Shown here in pieces: positions 51,078-61,046 of a stretch of DNA of 64,000 bases (position 1 is the first letter of the stretch; each line of letters begins with the position of its first letter). The notes beneath the pieces were generated by a model. The model worked only from the letters and a program-made list of their open reading frames with translations, was not told the origin of the DNA and searched no databases. Origin of the DNA: Cyanophora paradoxa CCMP329 (lineage: Eukaryota > Plantae > Glaucophyta); NCBI GenBank assembly GCA_004431415.1, contig QPMI01000407.1, forward strand, positions 1 to 64,000, in the 5' to 3' direction. The position numbers and the translations under genes were made by a program.

Positions 51078-52580
51078 ACGACAGCCATCCAGGAGCACAT
51101 CGAATGGTCCCTTGGCTCTCGCATTCACATTCGACTCTCCTTCCGACCCTTCGACAGGTACAAGCGATACTTGGAGCTTCAAATCAGACAGCGAGAAGCA
51201 ATCCGGCTTTGGAAAGAAGGCAAGAAATCGAAGATCATAGCGGTCGTCGAGGACGCTGTACAGACAACCGATGCGTCATTCGAACGAAGAAGGAAGCAAG
51301 AGGCCGAAGAAGCACACCTTCGGGAGCGAGAGGAGAAGTTGCAGCGCCTTGCTGCCTGGAAGGCGAGCGAATTGTTTCTGCGTTCCAACCAATGATAGAT
51401 TACAACTGCAGGCCCAAAAACGAAAGGAGGTGGAAGAAAAGTGCCAGAAGAAGATGCAACAGGACGAGGAGCACCGAAAACAGCTGACAACAGTCCAGAA
51501 ACGACAGGCGTGAACTTTGTCTTCGTCTCATCGTTGAAACCTGACGAGGCACATTTCTCAGTCTGCATTGAAGGAACAAGTGACACAGTATCAGCGTGAA
51601 AAACAAGCAGCCAAACAGGCACGAAAAGAAGCAGAAGAAGCCGCAGAAGAAGCTGCAAAAGCTGCAGCAAGGGGTGTGCGGCGAGATCCAAGTGCTCTTT
51701 GGGAGCGGGTCCGAGCTTCTGATCTCAGATCTGCACTATGCTTTTGTTGATGCCATGCAGGACAAGCTTTTGGCACTCCGTAGGCAAGAGATTAAGCTCC
51801 AGGAGCTTTCGGCACAGGTGGAACGGTGTGAGAGGCAAGCCCGCATCCTAGCTCAAGTCCGTTCTCTGCATGTTAGGACCGGAATCTGTGTTTGACAGGA
51901 CAAGCCGTGCAGGTGCCTGTTCCTTGCGTGGCCAGAGATTTCAATCGTCTTGTGGCCCCCACAGAGAGTGAGCAGAACCGGACGACCCCTGTGCAAGCAC
52001 GTGCTTTCGGGTTCCCGAAAGAGCCGCTGCTCCTCAATGCCGCTCAACGGTGCATATGTACGATGCATCTTTCGCCTTCGTGGCTTGACATTTGTCAATG
52101 CAGGGCGACGCCTTCGTGGCGGGCGGTTCTATGATCTGAGAGAGAGCTTCCCCCCAAGGGCCCGGTGTTGGGTTCCAGCATGTGGCTTTTGCTACTGTGT
52201 GAGGAGCAGCCCACTGGCGATTTCTGCATTTCAGATACACACACACGCTATCTGGGCTAGCCCTGTAGCTGTTCGGACTAGCAGTGTACGCTGATTAGAA
52301 ACAAATTAGCCAGCGAGGGGGGGGGGAGGGAGGGGGGGGGAGGGGGGGTGGGGGGGGGGAGGGGGGGGGGTGGGGGGGGGGGGAGGGGGCGGGTATATCT
52401 GGAGGAATCGCGTGCAAGGCCTTTGCTTTGGTTTGTAGAACGGCGCGGCCGGCCGCTGCTCCTCCTCGGAATGAGCGAAGTAGCACTGACCGAAGTTGCA
52501 GTCGGGGGTGGAATGATGTCGGCAGCAGGCCATTTCTGCTGTCATGTTCGAAGCCCAATGGTGATCCACTGAGGCCAGGC
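51077..52580 (+). pseudogene. Duplicated 3' half of CCDC112 plus downstream flank (copy 2, includes hairpin element copy D at 52226-52294)
   Basis: Starts mid-exon, lacks the 5' half, and is near-identical to 45894-47388. Confidence 0.85.
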
Positions 52581-55500
52581 GGCCCCGACAAGCACGTAGC
52601 ACGTGCACTGAATTTCGAAGCACTGGTCATGATGGTCGGGTCCGAATTCGATGCTGCAGCTGGTTCGCAGTCCGAGTAAAGTGCACTGCGGCAATTGCAA
52701 GCCGCTAATCGATTCATTGGCTCGACAGCAATGTAATGGATTGAACACATATAAGTTATTGTAATTCATAACAGGAGTAGTGTAAACATACTTTCCTGCT
52801 TTTATTTTTCCATTAAAATATGAATTGAGTTGACTGGTAAGATCTGCTTCTGTAATGCATCTACTAATAGTCGAGCTATCTGTGGGGTTCATAGCATAAA
52901 AGTTTCTTGCATAAGCATTTCCACGAACAAGTAAGGTTTTATCAAAGTAATTTTGCGAATTGTGGAAAAACCATGTTTCTTCAAACATAGGTCCTGCTGG
53001 CTCTACAATCTGACCCGATCCTACATACATTGTGTTGTTGGCTCTAATTGTGGTTGCTGTGAAGGGATCAAGAGTTGGTCTATTGGTCAAATCATTGTAG
53101 TTGCCCGAGAAAATCGCTGGTTTGTTATAAATATCTGTATTCCAATCATGAGTGTGTGCAAAATCTGTTATCTCTGCCTTTGTGTGATTGTGAGCAAAAT
53201 CTGTAATCTCTGCCTTTGTGTGATTGTGAGCAAAATCTGTAATTTCACTCTTCACATGAGTGTGTGCAAAATCTGTAATCTGTGACTTTGTGTGAGTATG
53301 TGCGAAATCTGTGATTTCAGATTTAAAATGAGTGTGAGCAAAATTCGTAATATCTGCTCTGGTGTGGGTGTGAGCAAAATCTGTAATTTGTGATTTTGTA
53401 TGAGTGTGTGCAAAATCTGTGATTTCTGCCTTTGTGTGGGTGTGTGATCTATTATTCAGATCGAGAAAACTACCTGAGTATGCAACAGGGTGTAAATTGG
53501 ATGGGGTGGGTTTATTGATGAGATCATTATAATCTCCTGTGAAAGAGATTATTTTCAGTTCACCCCGTCCAACATAATCGGAAGGGAGATCGATTTTAAT
53601 GGGCATAATAGCAGGATCAATAGGAATCTCGTACTCAGCTCCTGGGTGAACCACAGGAAAGACTTGATCACTTTCAGTGTGAACAAAAAAGTTGTCAGCA
53701 GTCACTGTTCCATCGATAGTTCCACCTGTCAGGGGAAGATAATTGCCTGTCACAGCGAGACCAGCAATAACTAAGGCGAGTTCTGTTTCATCTACATAGT
53801 TTTGGGCTTGAAGGTAATCCTCTGTAACCACTCTGGATATAGTCTCGTTGTGAATGTTTTTTGCTGCTGCCCTCTGATTAATTTCTAAAACACCCTCGCC
53901 AACGCCACCATTATAGTTGGTTTTTATCCATGCTATTTCACATTTCTTATAATCATCTCGGTTTCCAATTAAAGCATCTGGTAAAAGACGTTCTCGGCTG
54001 AAAACTAATTTCGGTCTTGATGAATCTAAATCGCTAACATCTGTTACGTTGATCTGGATTGCAGAATGAAAATCAGCATGAGCAAGAGGATCTAATGGAA
54101 GAGAAGGCAAAGGAGGGAGAACAGATGTCATTTCGATGTCAGAGGCGTAGTAGTTTGTAACATAAATACTGGGAAATGTGTCCTGCAAGCCGATATTTCC
54201 ACCTGCAGCAACTATCTCCATTTCGCGGGGAATCCGTACAAACAAAGAGCCTGACATGTCAGTGTTGGCACGAATTCCCTGCCTGTGGACATAGTGTTCA
54301 TTCAAATATAACCTTTCAGGGGTGTTGATTGATTTGTAGAGAGAGACAGCTAGTGTGACAGGAAGCTCTGACTTTGCGAACTCGGGTTGCTCATCGATCT
54401 CACTCCAAACATGTCTGTGATCCTCAGGTGGAAATTCAAGCGGTATATTATCAAGATCACCCCAGTCGTGTCTATGATCCTCTGGTGGAAATTTAAGCGG
54501 TCTATTGTCGATATCGCCCCAATCGTGTCTGTGATCCTCAGGTGGAAATCTATCTGGTTTATTATCTATTTCATCCCAATCATGCCTGTGTTCCTCTGGT
54601 GGAAAATTCTCAGGTTTGTTGTTAATAGATTCCCAGTCCACTGTGAACTCCAAGGGGAAGAAAACAGGATCAAAGCCATCTGGAAGCAGCTGCTCATGCG
54701 GAATCACAGGCTGCTCGTATTCAATTTCTTGAACGTCTAATCCGTCGGGAATTAATTGCTCCTCCGGCTCTGTGTACATTTCTAGCGGGAAAACTTCGAT
54801 ATCAGGTGACAGGTACTCTTCGTGCGGATGCTTATAGGGTTCTATCACTGGGCGATTCCTGACAGCCTCCCACGAAATAATATTTTGCCCGAATGGAACT
54901 GTTTCATCAGCAACTCGCTCTCGACCTGGTCCGTCCGGGGTTGGCGGCTTTGGTAGCCCTGGAAGAGGTGGTATAGGTGGTATAGGGACAATAGGTCCGA
55001 AGTAGTAGTTGAAAATGTTGATCACCTCCTCTTCAGTGCTAACCTTCTTACCATCTTGGTAAATATTTGTTCCATGAATATTTCGCCACTGCCTGGTGCG
55101 GAGCCCTAGATCGTAACTGTCATGCAACGCCGGGAGCAGGTGCCTGTCAGCCTCAATCAAGATAGAGCCAAAGGTGCATCCAGGAATATCTAACCTGGTG
55201 GCTGGCTCGGTATCGATTTGATTTACATCAAAACCGTATAAAATATTTGCTTCTCGTGCAGCTGTAAAAAGTAAATCCCAGGGAAACGGCTGGATTTGTG
55301 ATGCTAGCACTGATATTCCTGCAGGCGCAGCGTCGCTGCTTGTCTGCGACTCTTCGCCAAGGAGAATTCGCCCTGTAATGTGAGCCGCAGTCTTGTTTGT
55401 GACAGCATTGGATTCATCAATTAGACGTAGAGCTGATGTGTGGACCCCTCTATCATTTTGGAGCCTAAAGATTAATCTACCAGAATCATACTTGGAAACT

Positions 55501-55790
55501 GTGCCTGAGGAGGCAATTCGCAGGTGCCGCGGCAACGCCCTGGATCCGATTATTTCAGCAACATAATTCTCAGCTGGACCCAGACAAAATCTCTGTGCAA
55601 TATCCGGGGCGCCAACATGTGAGTTGCGCAGAATTAATGCAGCTGGACGATTAAACTCGGTCCTGTGGATGTCACGATCAGCATTGTAGTCTGCCAAGAT
55701 GCTTCCAAATACGCGAATATTTATATGCCGATCATCCACGAGATCTGGAGCTTTACGAAGTGGCACTGGCTTCTTCAAGATGTAGGACAT
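52542..55790 (-). CDS. Viral fibre/structural protein with phage tail-fibre-like HxH repeats; C-terminus runs into host DNA
   Basis: 1082 aa. Four 19-aa FPPEDHRHDWxxIDNKP repeats, eight 12-aa HTHTKAEITDFA repeats, LPLTGGTIDG and (F/Y)SGxYNDLxNxP motifs. Confidence 0.75.
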   Translation of the reverse strand: MSYILKKPVPLRKAPDLVDDRHINIRVFGSILADYNADRDIHRTEFNRPAALILRNSHVGAPDIAQRFCLGPAENYVAEIIGSRALPRHLRIASSGTVSKYDSGRLIFRLQNDRGVHTSALRLIDESNAVTNKTAAHITGRILLGEESQTSSDAAPAGISVLASQIQPFPWDLLFTAAREANILYGFDVNQIDTEPATRLDIPGCTFGSILIEADRHLLPALHDSYDLGLRTRQWRNIHGTNIYQDGKKVSTEEEVINIFNYYFGPIVPIPPIPPLPGLPKPPTPDGPGRERVADETVPFGQNIISWEAVRNRPVIEPYKHPHEEYLSPDIEVFPLEMYTEPEEQLIPDGLDVQEIEYEQPVIPHEQLLPDGFDPVFFPLEFTVDWESINNKPENFPPEEHRHDWDEIDNKPDRFPPEDHRHDWGDIDNRPLKFPPEDHRHDWGDLDNIPLEFPPEDHRHVWSEIDEQPEFAKSELPVTLAVSLYKSINTPERLYLNEHYVHRQGIRANTDMSGSLFVRIPREMEIVAAGGNIGLQDTFPSIYVTNYYASDIEMTSVLPPLPSLPLDPLAHADFHSAIQINVTDVSDLDSSRPKLVFSRERLLPDALIGNRDDYKKCEIAWIKTNYNGGVGEGVLEINQRAAAKNIHNETISRVVTEDYLQAQNYVDETELALVIAGLAVTGNYLPLTGGTIDGTVTADNFFVHTESDQVFPVVHPGAEYEIPIDPAIMPIKIDLPSDYVGRGELKIISFTGDYNDLINKPTPSNLHPVAYSGSFLDLNNRSHTHTKAEITDFAHTHTKSQITDFAHTHTRADITNFAHTHFKSEITDFAHTHTKSQITDFAHTHVKSEITDFAHNHTKAEITDFAHNHTKAEITDFAHTHDWNTDIYNKPAIFSGNYNDLTNRPTLDPFTATTIRANNTMYVGSGQIVEPAGPMFEETWFFHNSQNYFDKTLLVRGNAYARNFYAMNPTDSSTISRCITEADLTSQLNSYFNGKIKAGKYVYTTPVMNYNNLYVFNPLHCCRANESISGLQLPQCTLLGLRTSCSIEFGPDHHDQCFEIQCTCYVLVGAAWPQWITIGLRT

Positions 55791-55814
55791 TTTTATATAA
55801 GCCCCCTTTTAAAA

Positions 55815-57299
55815 ATGAAGGTCATTCTCTCACTATCAGGTGGAGGTGCTCGTGGTATAATTATTGCCAGAATTCTACAGCGGATCGAGGCGATTACTGG
55901 GAAAGCAATTCCACAACTGTTTGATTTCTTTGCAGGCACCTCAACAGGGGCAATAATAGCGGCCGGTTTGGCTATCCCATCAACTCCAGGCTCTGTTCTC
56001 GCTTATCGATATTCTGCAGGTGATATCTTCAGTTTATATCAAACGAACCTACCTGTAATATTTGCAAATCCGAGATCACTCACAAGCTTGCTCTCAGGAA
56101 GCCGCTATGATGCAAACCCTCTAGAGTCGGTGCTCACAGACGTTGCCCTAGACTACACAATTGCAGAATCGACCAAAGACATATTAATTACAGCGTTTGA
56201 TACAGTTCGGATGCAGCCCGTAGTTTTCACCAAAGATGGGCCATACTCGAGCACGCTGATTCGTGATGCAGTTAGAGCATCTTCTGCAGCGCCAACATTC
56301 TTTCCACCGAAGGTTCTAGGAGACAAAAACCTTGTTGACGGGGCCATCGCCTGTTTGAATAATCCCTCAGTTGCTGCACTCAGCCACGCCAGCAAAATTT
56401 ATGATGCAGAGGATCCAATTGTTCTTGTGAGCATCAGCTGTGGTGAGGTCCAAGCTAGTGAGCAACTGACTGCAGGCTTTTCGAATGCAGAGACGTCAGG
56501 CTGGGGCGCCCTGGGCTGGATCCTATCCCTCTCAGGCAGCCCTATTATTTCTATGCTAATGGCTGGGAGCGAGCTGGAATCGCACTTTCAAATGCAGGAG
56601 CTGCTTCCAGTTGATGCAGATAGGAATCTCACTAGATACTGGCGTTTAAGTGTTCCGCTGCCAGCTGCAGTCATGAGCAAGCTTGATGATGCCTCGCCTT
56701 CGAATATTTCTTATTTGATTTCCACGACTGATTTATGGCTGAAACAAATCGAAATAAATGCTAAAATAAATGCACTCTGCAGTTTTCTATTGGCGAACTA
56801 CGACCTACTGAACGATGAGAGACTTATCATATCGTCTACTTTAACAGTTGAGCCTCCATTTGATGTCAACTGGTTTATAATTCCAGATGCGAATATCACA
56901 AGCAACGACTTCGAGGAATTGCACCCACCTTCTCATGTGCGACCCAACTCTACAGGGTTTCAGGGGGGAACATTACCTAATCCCTGGATCAAAGTCGAGT
57001 TTCCCAAGCCTTTTGAGCTACATCAAATCATTATGTATGGGCCAGCCTTTGCTGCCGGAGTCCTATTTAATTTCAGCATTCTGACCAACTTAGGATATTT
57101 ACGAGACGGGGCACTATTTGAAAACACGGTCCTATCAAATGTGCTTGCTGCGAACCCAACTATGACAGGCTTCGATCTAATGCATAGTGACTCGCATTTG
57201 ATCACCCCACAGGTGTATAACTATGTGCAAATTATAACAAACGAATTTATAAATGTGAATGCGTTCCGACTTGATTTCCGGGGACGTTACATTAATTAG
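55815..57299 (+). CDS. Patatin-like phospholipase with C-terminal discoidin/F5-8C-like domain
   Basis: LSLSGGGARG, nucleophile GTSTG, ASSAAPTFF and DGA motifs. C-terminal PWIKVEFPKPFELHQIIMYG..FRLDFRG. The ATG at 55815 follows ttttaaaa. Confidence 0.88.
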   Translation: MKVILSLSGGGARGIIIARILQRIEAITGKAIPQLFDFFAGTSTGAIIAAGLAIPSTPGSVLAYRYSAGDIFSLYQTNLPVIFANPRSLTSLLSGSRYDANPLESVLTDVALDYTIAESTKDILITAFDTVRMQPVVFTKDGPYSSTLIRDAVRASSAAPTFFPPKVLGDKNLVDGAIACLNNPSVAALSHASKIYDAEDPIVLVSISCGEVQASEQLTAGFSNAETSGWGALGWILSLSGSPIISMLMAGSELESHFQMQELLPVDADRNLTRYWRLSVPLPAAVMSKLDDASPSNISYLISTTDLWLKQIEINAKINALCSFLLANYDLLNDERLIISSTLTVEPPFDVNWFIIPDANITSNDFEELHPPSHVRPNSTGFQGGTLPNPWIKVEFPKPFELHQIIMYGPAFAAGVLFNFSILTNLGYLRDGALFENTVLSNVLAANPTMTGFDLMHSDSHLITPQVYNYVQIITNEFINVNAFRLDFRGRYIN

Positions 57300-57624
57300 G
57301 CGGCGGCATGAATGCCCAGGAAATCAAAGAGAGTCCAAGACGTGTTGGAATAGTTCTGCCAGATTTATCTTTCTCCCAAAATGGTGCTCCATTACGCCCT
57401 CCCAGTCGCCTCTTTATGTAATTCTCTCTTCGCTGATACCAAGTTGTGTTTTTGGTTGCGAGCTCCTTTTTGATTCCGTCAGGACCAAATCGGCGGTAAG
57501 CTTGCAGAAAACCTAGGTTTGTTTGTCTGCTTGGCTTATCTCCAATCGCAACAAGTGATACTTTTTTGTCCCGCATCAATGGCAAGTACTTTTCAATCTG
57601 AGCTATGGGCATCAACTGCGACAT
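57292..57624 (-). CDS. Small basic viral hypothetical protein
   Basis: 110 aa, ATG preceded by tatatcaaaa. Motifs GFLQAY..WYQRRENYIKR..PTRLGLSLISWA. Confidence 0.7.
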   Translation of the reverse strand: MSQLMPIAQIEKYLPLMRDKKVSLVAIGDKPSRQTNLGFLQAYRRFGPDGIKKELATKNTTWYQRRENYIKRRLGGRNGAPFWEKDKSGRTIPTRLGLSLISWAFMPPPN

Positions 57625-57651
57625 TTTTGATATATTGTGCCGCTTTTAAAA

Positions 57652-58608
57652 TCAGTGCGGAGCCAAGAAGGCTCCTTGCCTTCGGCTTTCCCTAGTTATG
57701 AACTGCAGTTCACCAGACCAAGGCAGGCCGTTCAGTGATACATCATCACCATCTCTGTCTACAATGCGCAGTCGCAAGGAAGTCAACACAAGACGCTCTT
57801 CGATGGGGATCCATTCGCCGTTGTGATCCTGATTTATGTAAACGAACTTGCCAACGTCCTGGCTCATTTGAATTCGAGCAAGCCCATAATTGCACATTGT
57901 TTTGGCCCCACGGCGAAGCTTTGAAGCAAATGGCCGTAGCTCTTCGCAGACAAGGAAGAGGTACTGGTCGCTATTCATATCGATTATCTTTGGAAATTCG
58001 ACAGCATAACCAAGTGGCTCACTCCGCATTCTTTCGGTGAAATCCACGCCATATTCAGGGTGTGAAGGTGTTACTGGAATGCCTGCAACCTCTAGATATC
58101 GCTCAGCTGCAGTTACTGGTCTTTGCCCTCCTTCAATCATGATAGGAGACAGCTGGAGGGGCTCATTTCGGTTCAGCCCTAGCAGATTCGATAGAGCTTT
58201 GAACTGGCAGGTCACTGTGCAGGAACGGTTGCAATAGGCAGACATCTTCAGTGTCTCTGGGTCCCGAAACAATTTGAAATATGCTATTACGATTCCCCCC
58301 AGTTCAAACTTAAACGATAGGCCAAAGTTGTAAAGATCTGTTTCGCCCATATTTGCAGTAGTAATTATACCAGGCTCAAAAACTGCCAGATTTTCCGTCC
58401 AAATGTTGGGAAAGGTGATCGAAAGATACTCATCTTTAATGCTGGTATAAAGACTATTTGCGAACTCACACTGGGTAAGTCGAACAGCAACTGGATTGAT
58501 TATAGGCTCATTGATTTCGAGCACAAAGTTTGCCTCTGAATCGATCGGTCTTCTGTCTCTGCTGTCAAAGGTAAGCCTGGCGCAGCGTCGATGCTTGTCT
58601 TCGACCAT
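57652..58608 (-). CDS. Minor capsid/penton-like single jelly-roll protein 1
   Basis: N-terminal FDSRDR..NFVLEINEPIINPVAVRL..EFANS and C-terminal YLFL..LTSLRLRIVDRDG..VSLNGLPWSGEL, a pattern typical of PLV/NCLDV penton-like proteins. Confidence 0.7.
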   Translation of the reverse strand: MVEDKHRRCARLTFDSRDRRPIDSEANFVLEINEPIINPVAVRLTQCEFANSLYTSIKDEYLSITFPNIWTENLAVFEPGIITTANMGETDLYNFGLSFKFELGGIVIAYFKLFRDPETLKMSAYCNRSCTVTCQFKALSNLLGLNRNEPLQLSPIMIEGGQRPVTAAERYLEVAGIPVTPSHPEYGVDFTERMRSEPLGYAVEFPKIIDMNSDQYLFLVCEELRPFASKLRRGAKTMCNYGLARIQMSQDVGKFVYINQDHNGEWIPIEERLVLTSLRLRIVDRDGDDVSLNGLPWSGELQFITRESRRQGAFLAPH

Positions 58609-58634
58609 TTTTATTCTCTAACTGATATAAAAAG

Positions 58635-59591
58635 ATGCCGACGGACTACGTCTGCATTGCAAGTCACCTAGCAGATGAGCTTTTATCAACCTCAAAATTC
58701 AAGGTTAGACTGCCTAAAATTTATCAGGATGTGAAAGCTGTGCGCTTGGTATCAGCTGAGATCCCCAACACAATGAGCACAATTGATATACTCGATCCAG
58801 CAGAGGATTTGGTCTTTGACACCTATATATATTGGTGCAAATATGATCCTGCAAATGAGGGACCAGACCCACCTCAGCCAGGCTTTGGTGTGTGGAATAA
58901 CATTGCGATTCCACCTGGAAATTACGACGTCACCTCGCTTGTGACTAAGATAAACGAAAGGTTGACGGGGACTGGTATCACGTGCACGTATAATTCAGCG
59001 GTTAAATTAATAGGGTTCACAGCTAGCTTCGAGTTCTTTATTGCTCTGATGTTGCCACCTAACCAGGGTGGGCGGGAAGTCAGAAACTACCAGGCCGTTG
59101 CAAGGGCTCAGCGAACTGCAAAACTTCTGGGGCTGCGATCAATTCTACCGATCCGGTCTAAGGATTTATCTGTCGATGTTCAATATATAGAGGGCGCTTA
59201 TGAACCTGATGTCACTCCCGATGATCATGTGCTCCTACGCATTCCTGAAATTGGTGACCTTGTCAGTATGCCCAATACTTCAATACCTGGCTTCTTTGCC
59301 AAAATTAGCATTCCAAACAGCCTTCGTCCTGGCGAGATAGCATACTATGATTCAACTGAAGCAACTCCTTTGTATAAGTATGTGTATTCAAAGCTGGACC
59401 TCTACTCTGTGACTATTGAGATTTACGATTTTATGCAGCGAATTGCTGATTTAAATGGAGCTCCTGTCTCATTTATTCTCGAAATTCGTTATGGTCCAGA
59501 CGAACCCAATGGTGATGTTGTCTACGAGCTTGCAAAGCTTCAGCTCCAGAAAAGGTCAAAGACATATCCTTGGATCAATTCGTCAAATTGA
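58635..59591 (+). CDS. Minor capsid/penton-like single jelly-roll protein 2
   Basis: FKVRLPKIYQDVKAVRLVSAEIPNT, IPPGNY, LYSVTIEIYD..ADLNGAPVSFILEI. Confidence 0.72.
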   Translation: MPTDYVCIASHLADELLSTSKFKVRLPKIYQDVKAVRLVSAEIPNTMSTIDILDPAEDLVFDTYIYWCKYDPANEGPDPPQPGFGVWNNIAIPPGNYDVTSLVTKINERLTGTGITCTYNSAVKLIGFTASFEFFIALMLPPNQGGREVRNYQAVARAQRTAKLLGLRSILPIRSKDLSVDVQYIEGAYEPDVTPDDHVLLRIPEIGDLVSMPNTSIPGFFAKISIPNSLRPGEIAYYDSTEATPLYKYVYSKLDLYSVTIEIYDFMQRIADLNGAPVSFILEIRYGPDEPNGDVVYELAKLQLQKRSKTYPWINSSN

Positions 59592-59636
59592 GCTAAGCGC
59601 CCAAATTATTTTCTTTCACTGCAATTATATACTTCA

Positions 59637-61021
59637 ATGGATGTTACCCAAAACTTGCAGCGGCTCGGTCTCAAAGAGCTCCTGACAACTCCGCAGGAAG
59701 CAAAGGACTTCTTCATGAACAATGAGCTTATGTTAGGTCTAACCAGCCAAACAAAGCCTGTGCGTGTTGTTGTCAACCCAAGCAATGACTATGGAGACTG
59801 CTTCGGAAAGAGGGTTACTTATTTCCTGCCCGCTACAATTTCCTTCAGGGGCTCGAACTCCAGTTTACCCTTCCAGAGCTGACAGCATTTACTGGTGACA
59901 CTGACCTGGTTCGCACTGGGTATTTGCGGTCTGTTGGTGCTCTCGTAAAGCGAATCGAAATCAAATAGGCTTCCTACAGCTACATTGTCCCCGAGGACTG
60001 GCTTGTTCACAGCGCTCTGATTTTCAATGATGATGCTCAGCTTAAAAAGAAATACCGGTCCGGTGGCTGGCTACATGGAACACCACCTCAGGGGACAAAT
60101 CGTGCTGGAGGCATTTTCAGTGTAAAAATCCCCTGTCCATGGGAGGGTTCAGTGCTACCCATTGGTGCTCTATCTGGCGAGGTGTCTGTCGAGGTTTGGT
60201 TCCGTGATCGTGCCCAGGGCTTCGTCGAAACCAGCTATGGTGGTAGGTTTGTAACAGAATATGCCATAGGCGGTGATGCTTCTAAAGAAGATGGACTCGG
60301 GAGCGTGGGAGCTGCTGCTGCATCCCTGCAAACATTGGCCAGAATATAACCCCAATGTTCTCAGTGTCACCCCTGCCAATCCCGAGCTATCGAATCCAAA
60401 GATTATTGCTCACTGCATCAACGTTGATGAGGCCACTTTTGCCCAGGTGATTGAGAAAGTCAAAACGTCTGGAATCGCAATTCCGCTACCGATGTCGGCT
60501 GGGTTGATGCTGATTCAATTACTTATGCAGGTGCGGGAGCGCCCACCCGGATTAATCTGTCTCAAATCAGTGGACTTTGCTACGGCCTGTTCGTTAGCAT
60601 TCGTAAGCAGACAAATATGAACCAAACTGACGGAAAACACAGTGTCCTCAAAACCGAGGCAAATACTCGTGATATAACTATTTCCTGCGAATTGAATGGC
60701 CAGCGGCTTTATTCAAACGAGCCTGTTCCTCTATTGCAAGGTGCTGAACTCATCGCTGATGTCTTCAAGTGCTCAAATTTAGACGCGCCTCTTAACAGAT
60801 ATGTTCTGACTGGTTTGCCATTTTGCATTAGTGGAGATAAATCGATTCGAAATGCTGCTCAAACTGGTTTCGTAGATCTGACGAACTCGAGCAGCTGCTT
60901 CCTGAATATCATGAATCCTGCCGCTTACGATGCAAACAACAAGATTTACGTCCAAATTCGCGCTCTCCTGCACACTGTCCTAATTGTTGATGCTGCGGGT
61001 CTTCGTAAGGTGAACCTCTAG
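59637..61021 (+). pseudogene. Major capsid protein (double jelly-roll type), disrupted
   Basis: A ~460-codon beta-rich product can be rebuilt across frameshifts at about 59830, 60335 and 60488 and an in-frame TAG at 59966. It ends ..TGFVDLTN..IYVQIRALLHTVLIVD. It sits between a penton and the ATPase. Confidence 0.7.
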
Positions 61022-61046
61022 TCGTATCTCGGTAGTTAATTTTTTG

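Noticed and set aside
55665-55814. 50-aa N-terminal extension of the patatin ORF
   Set aside because: It overlaps the fibre gene on the opposite strand; the patatin fold and AT-rich leader indicate the ATG at 55815.
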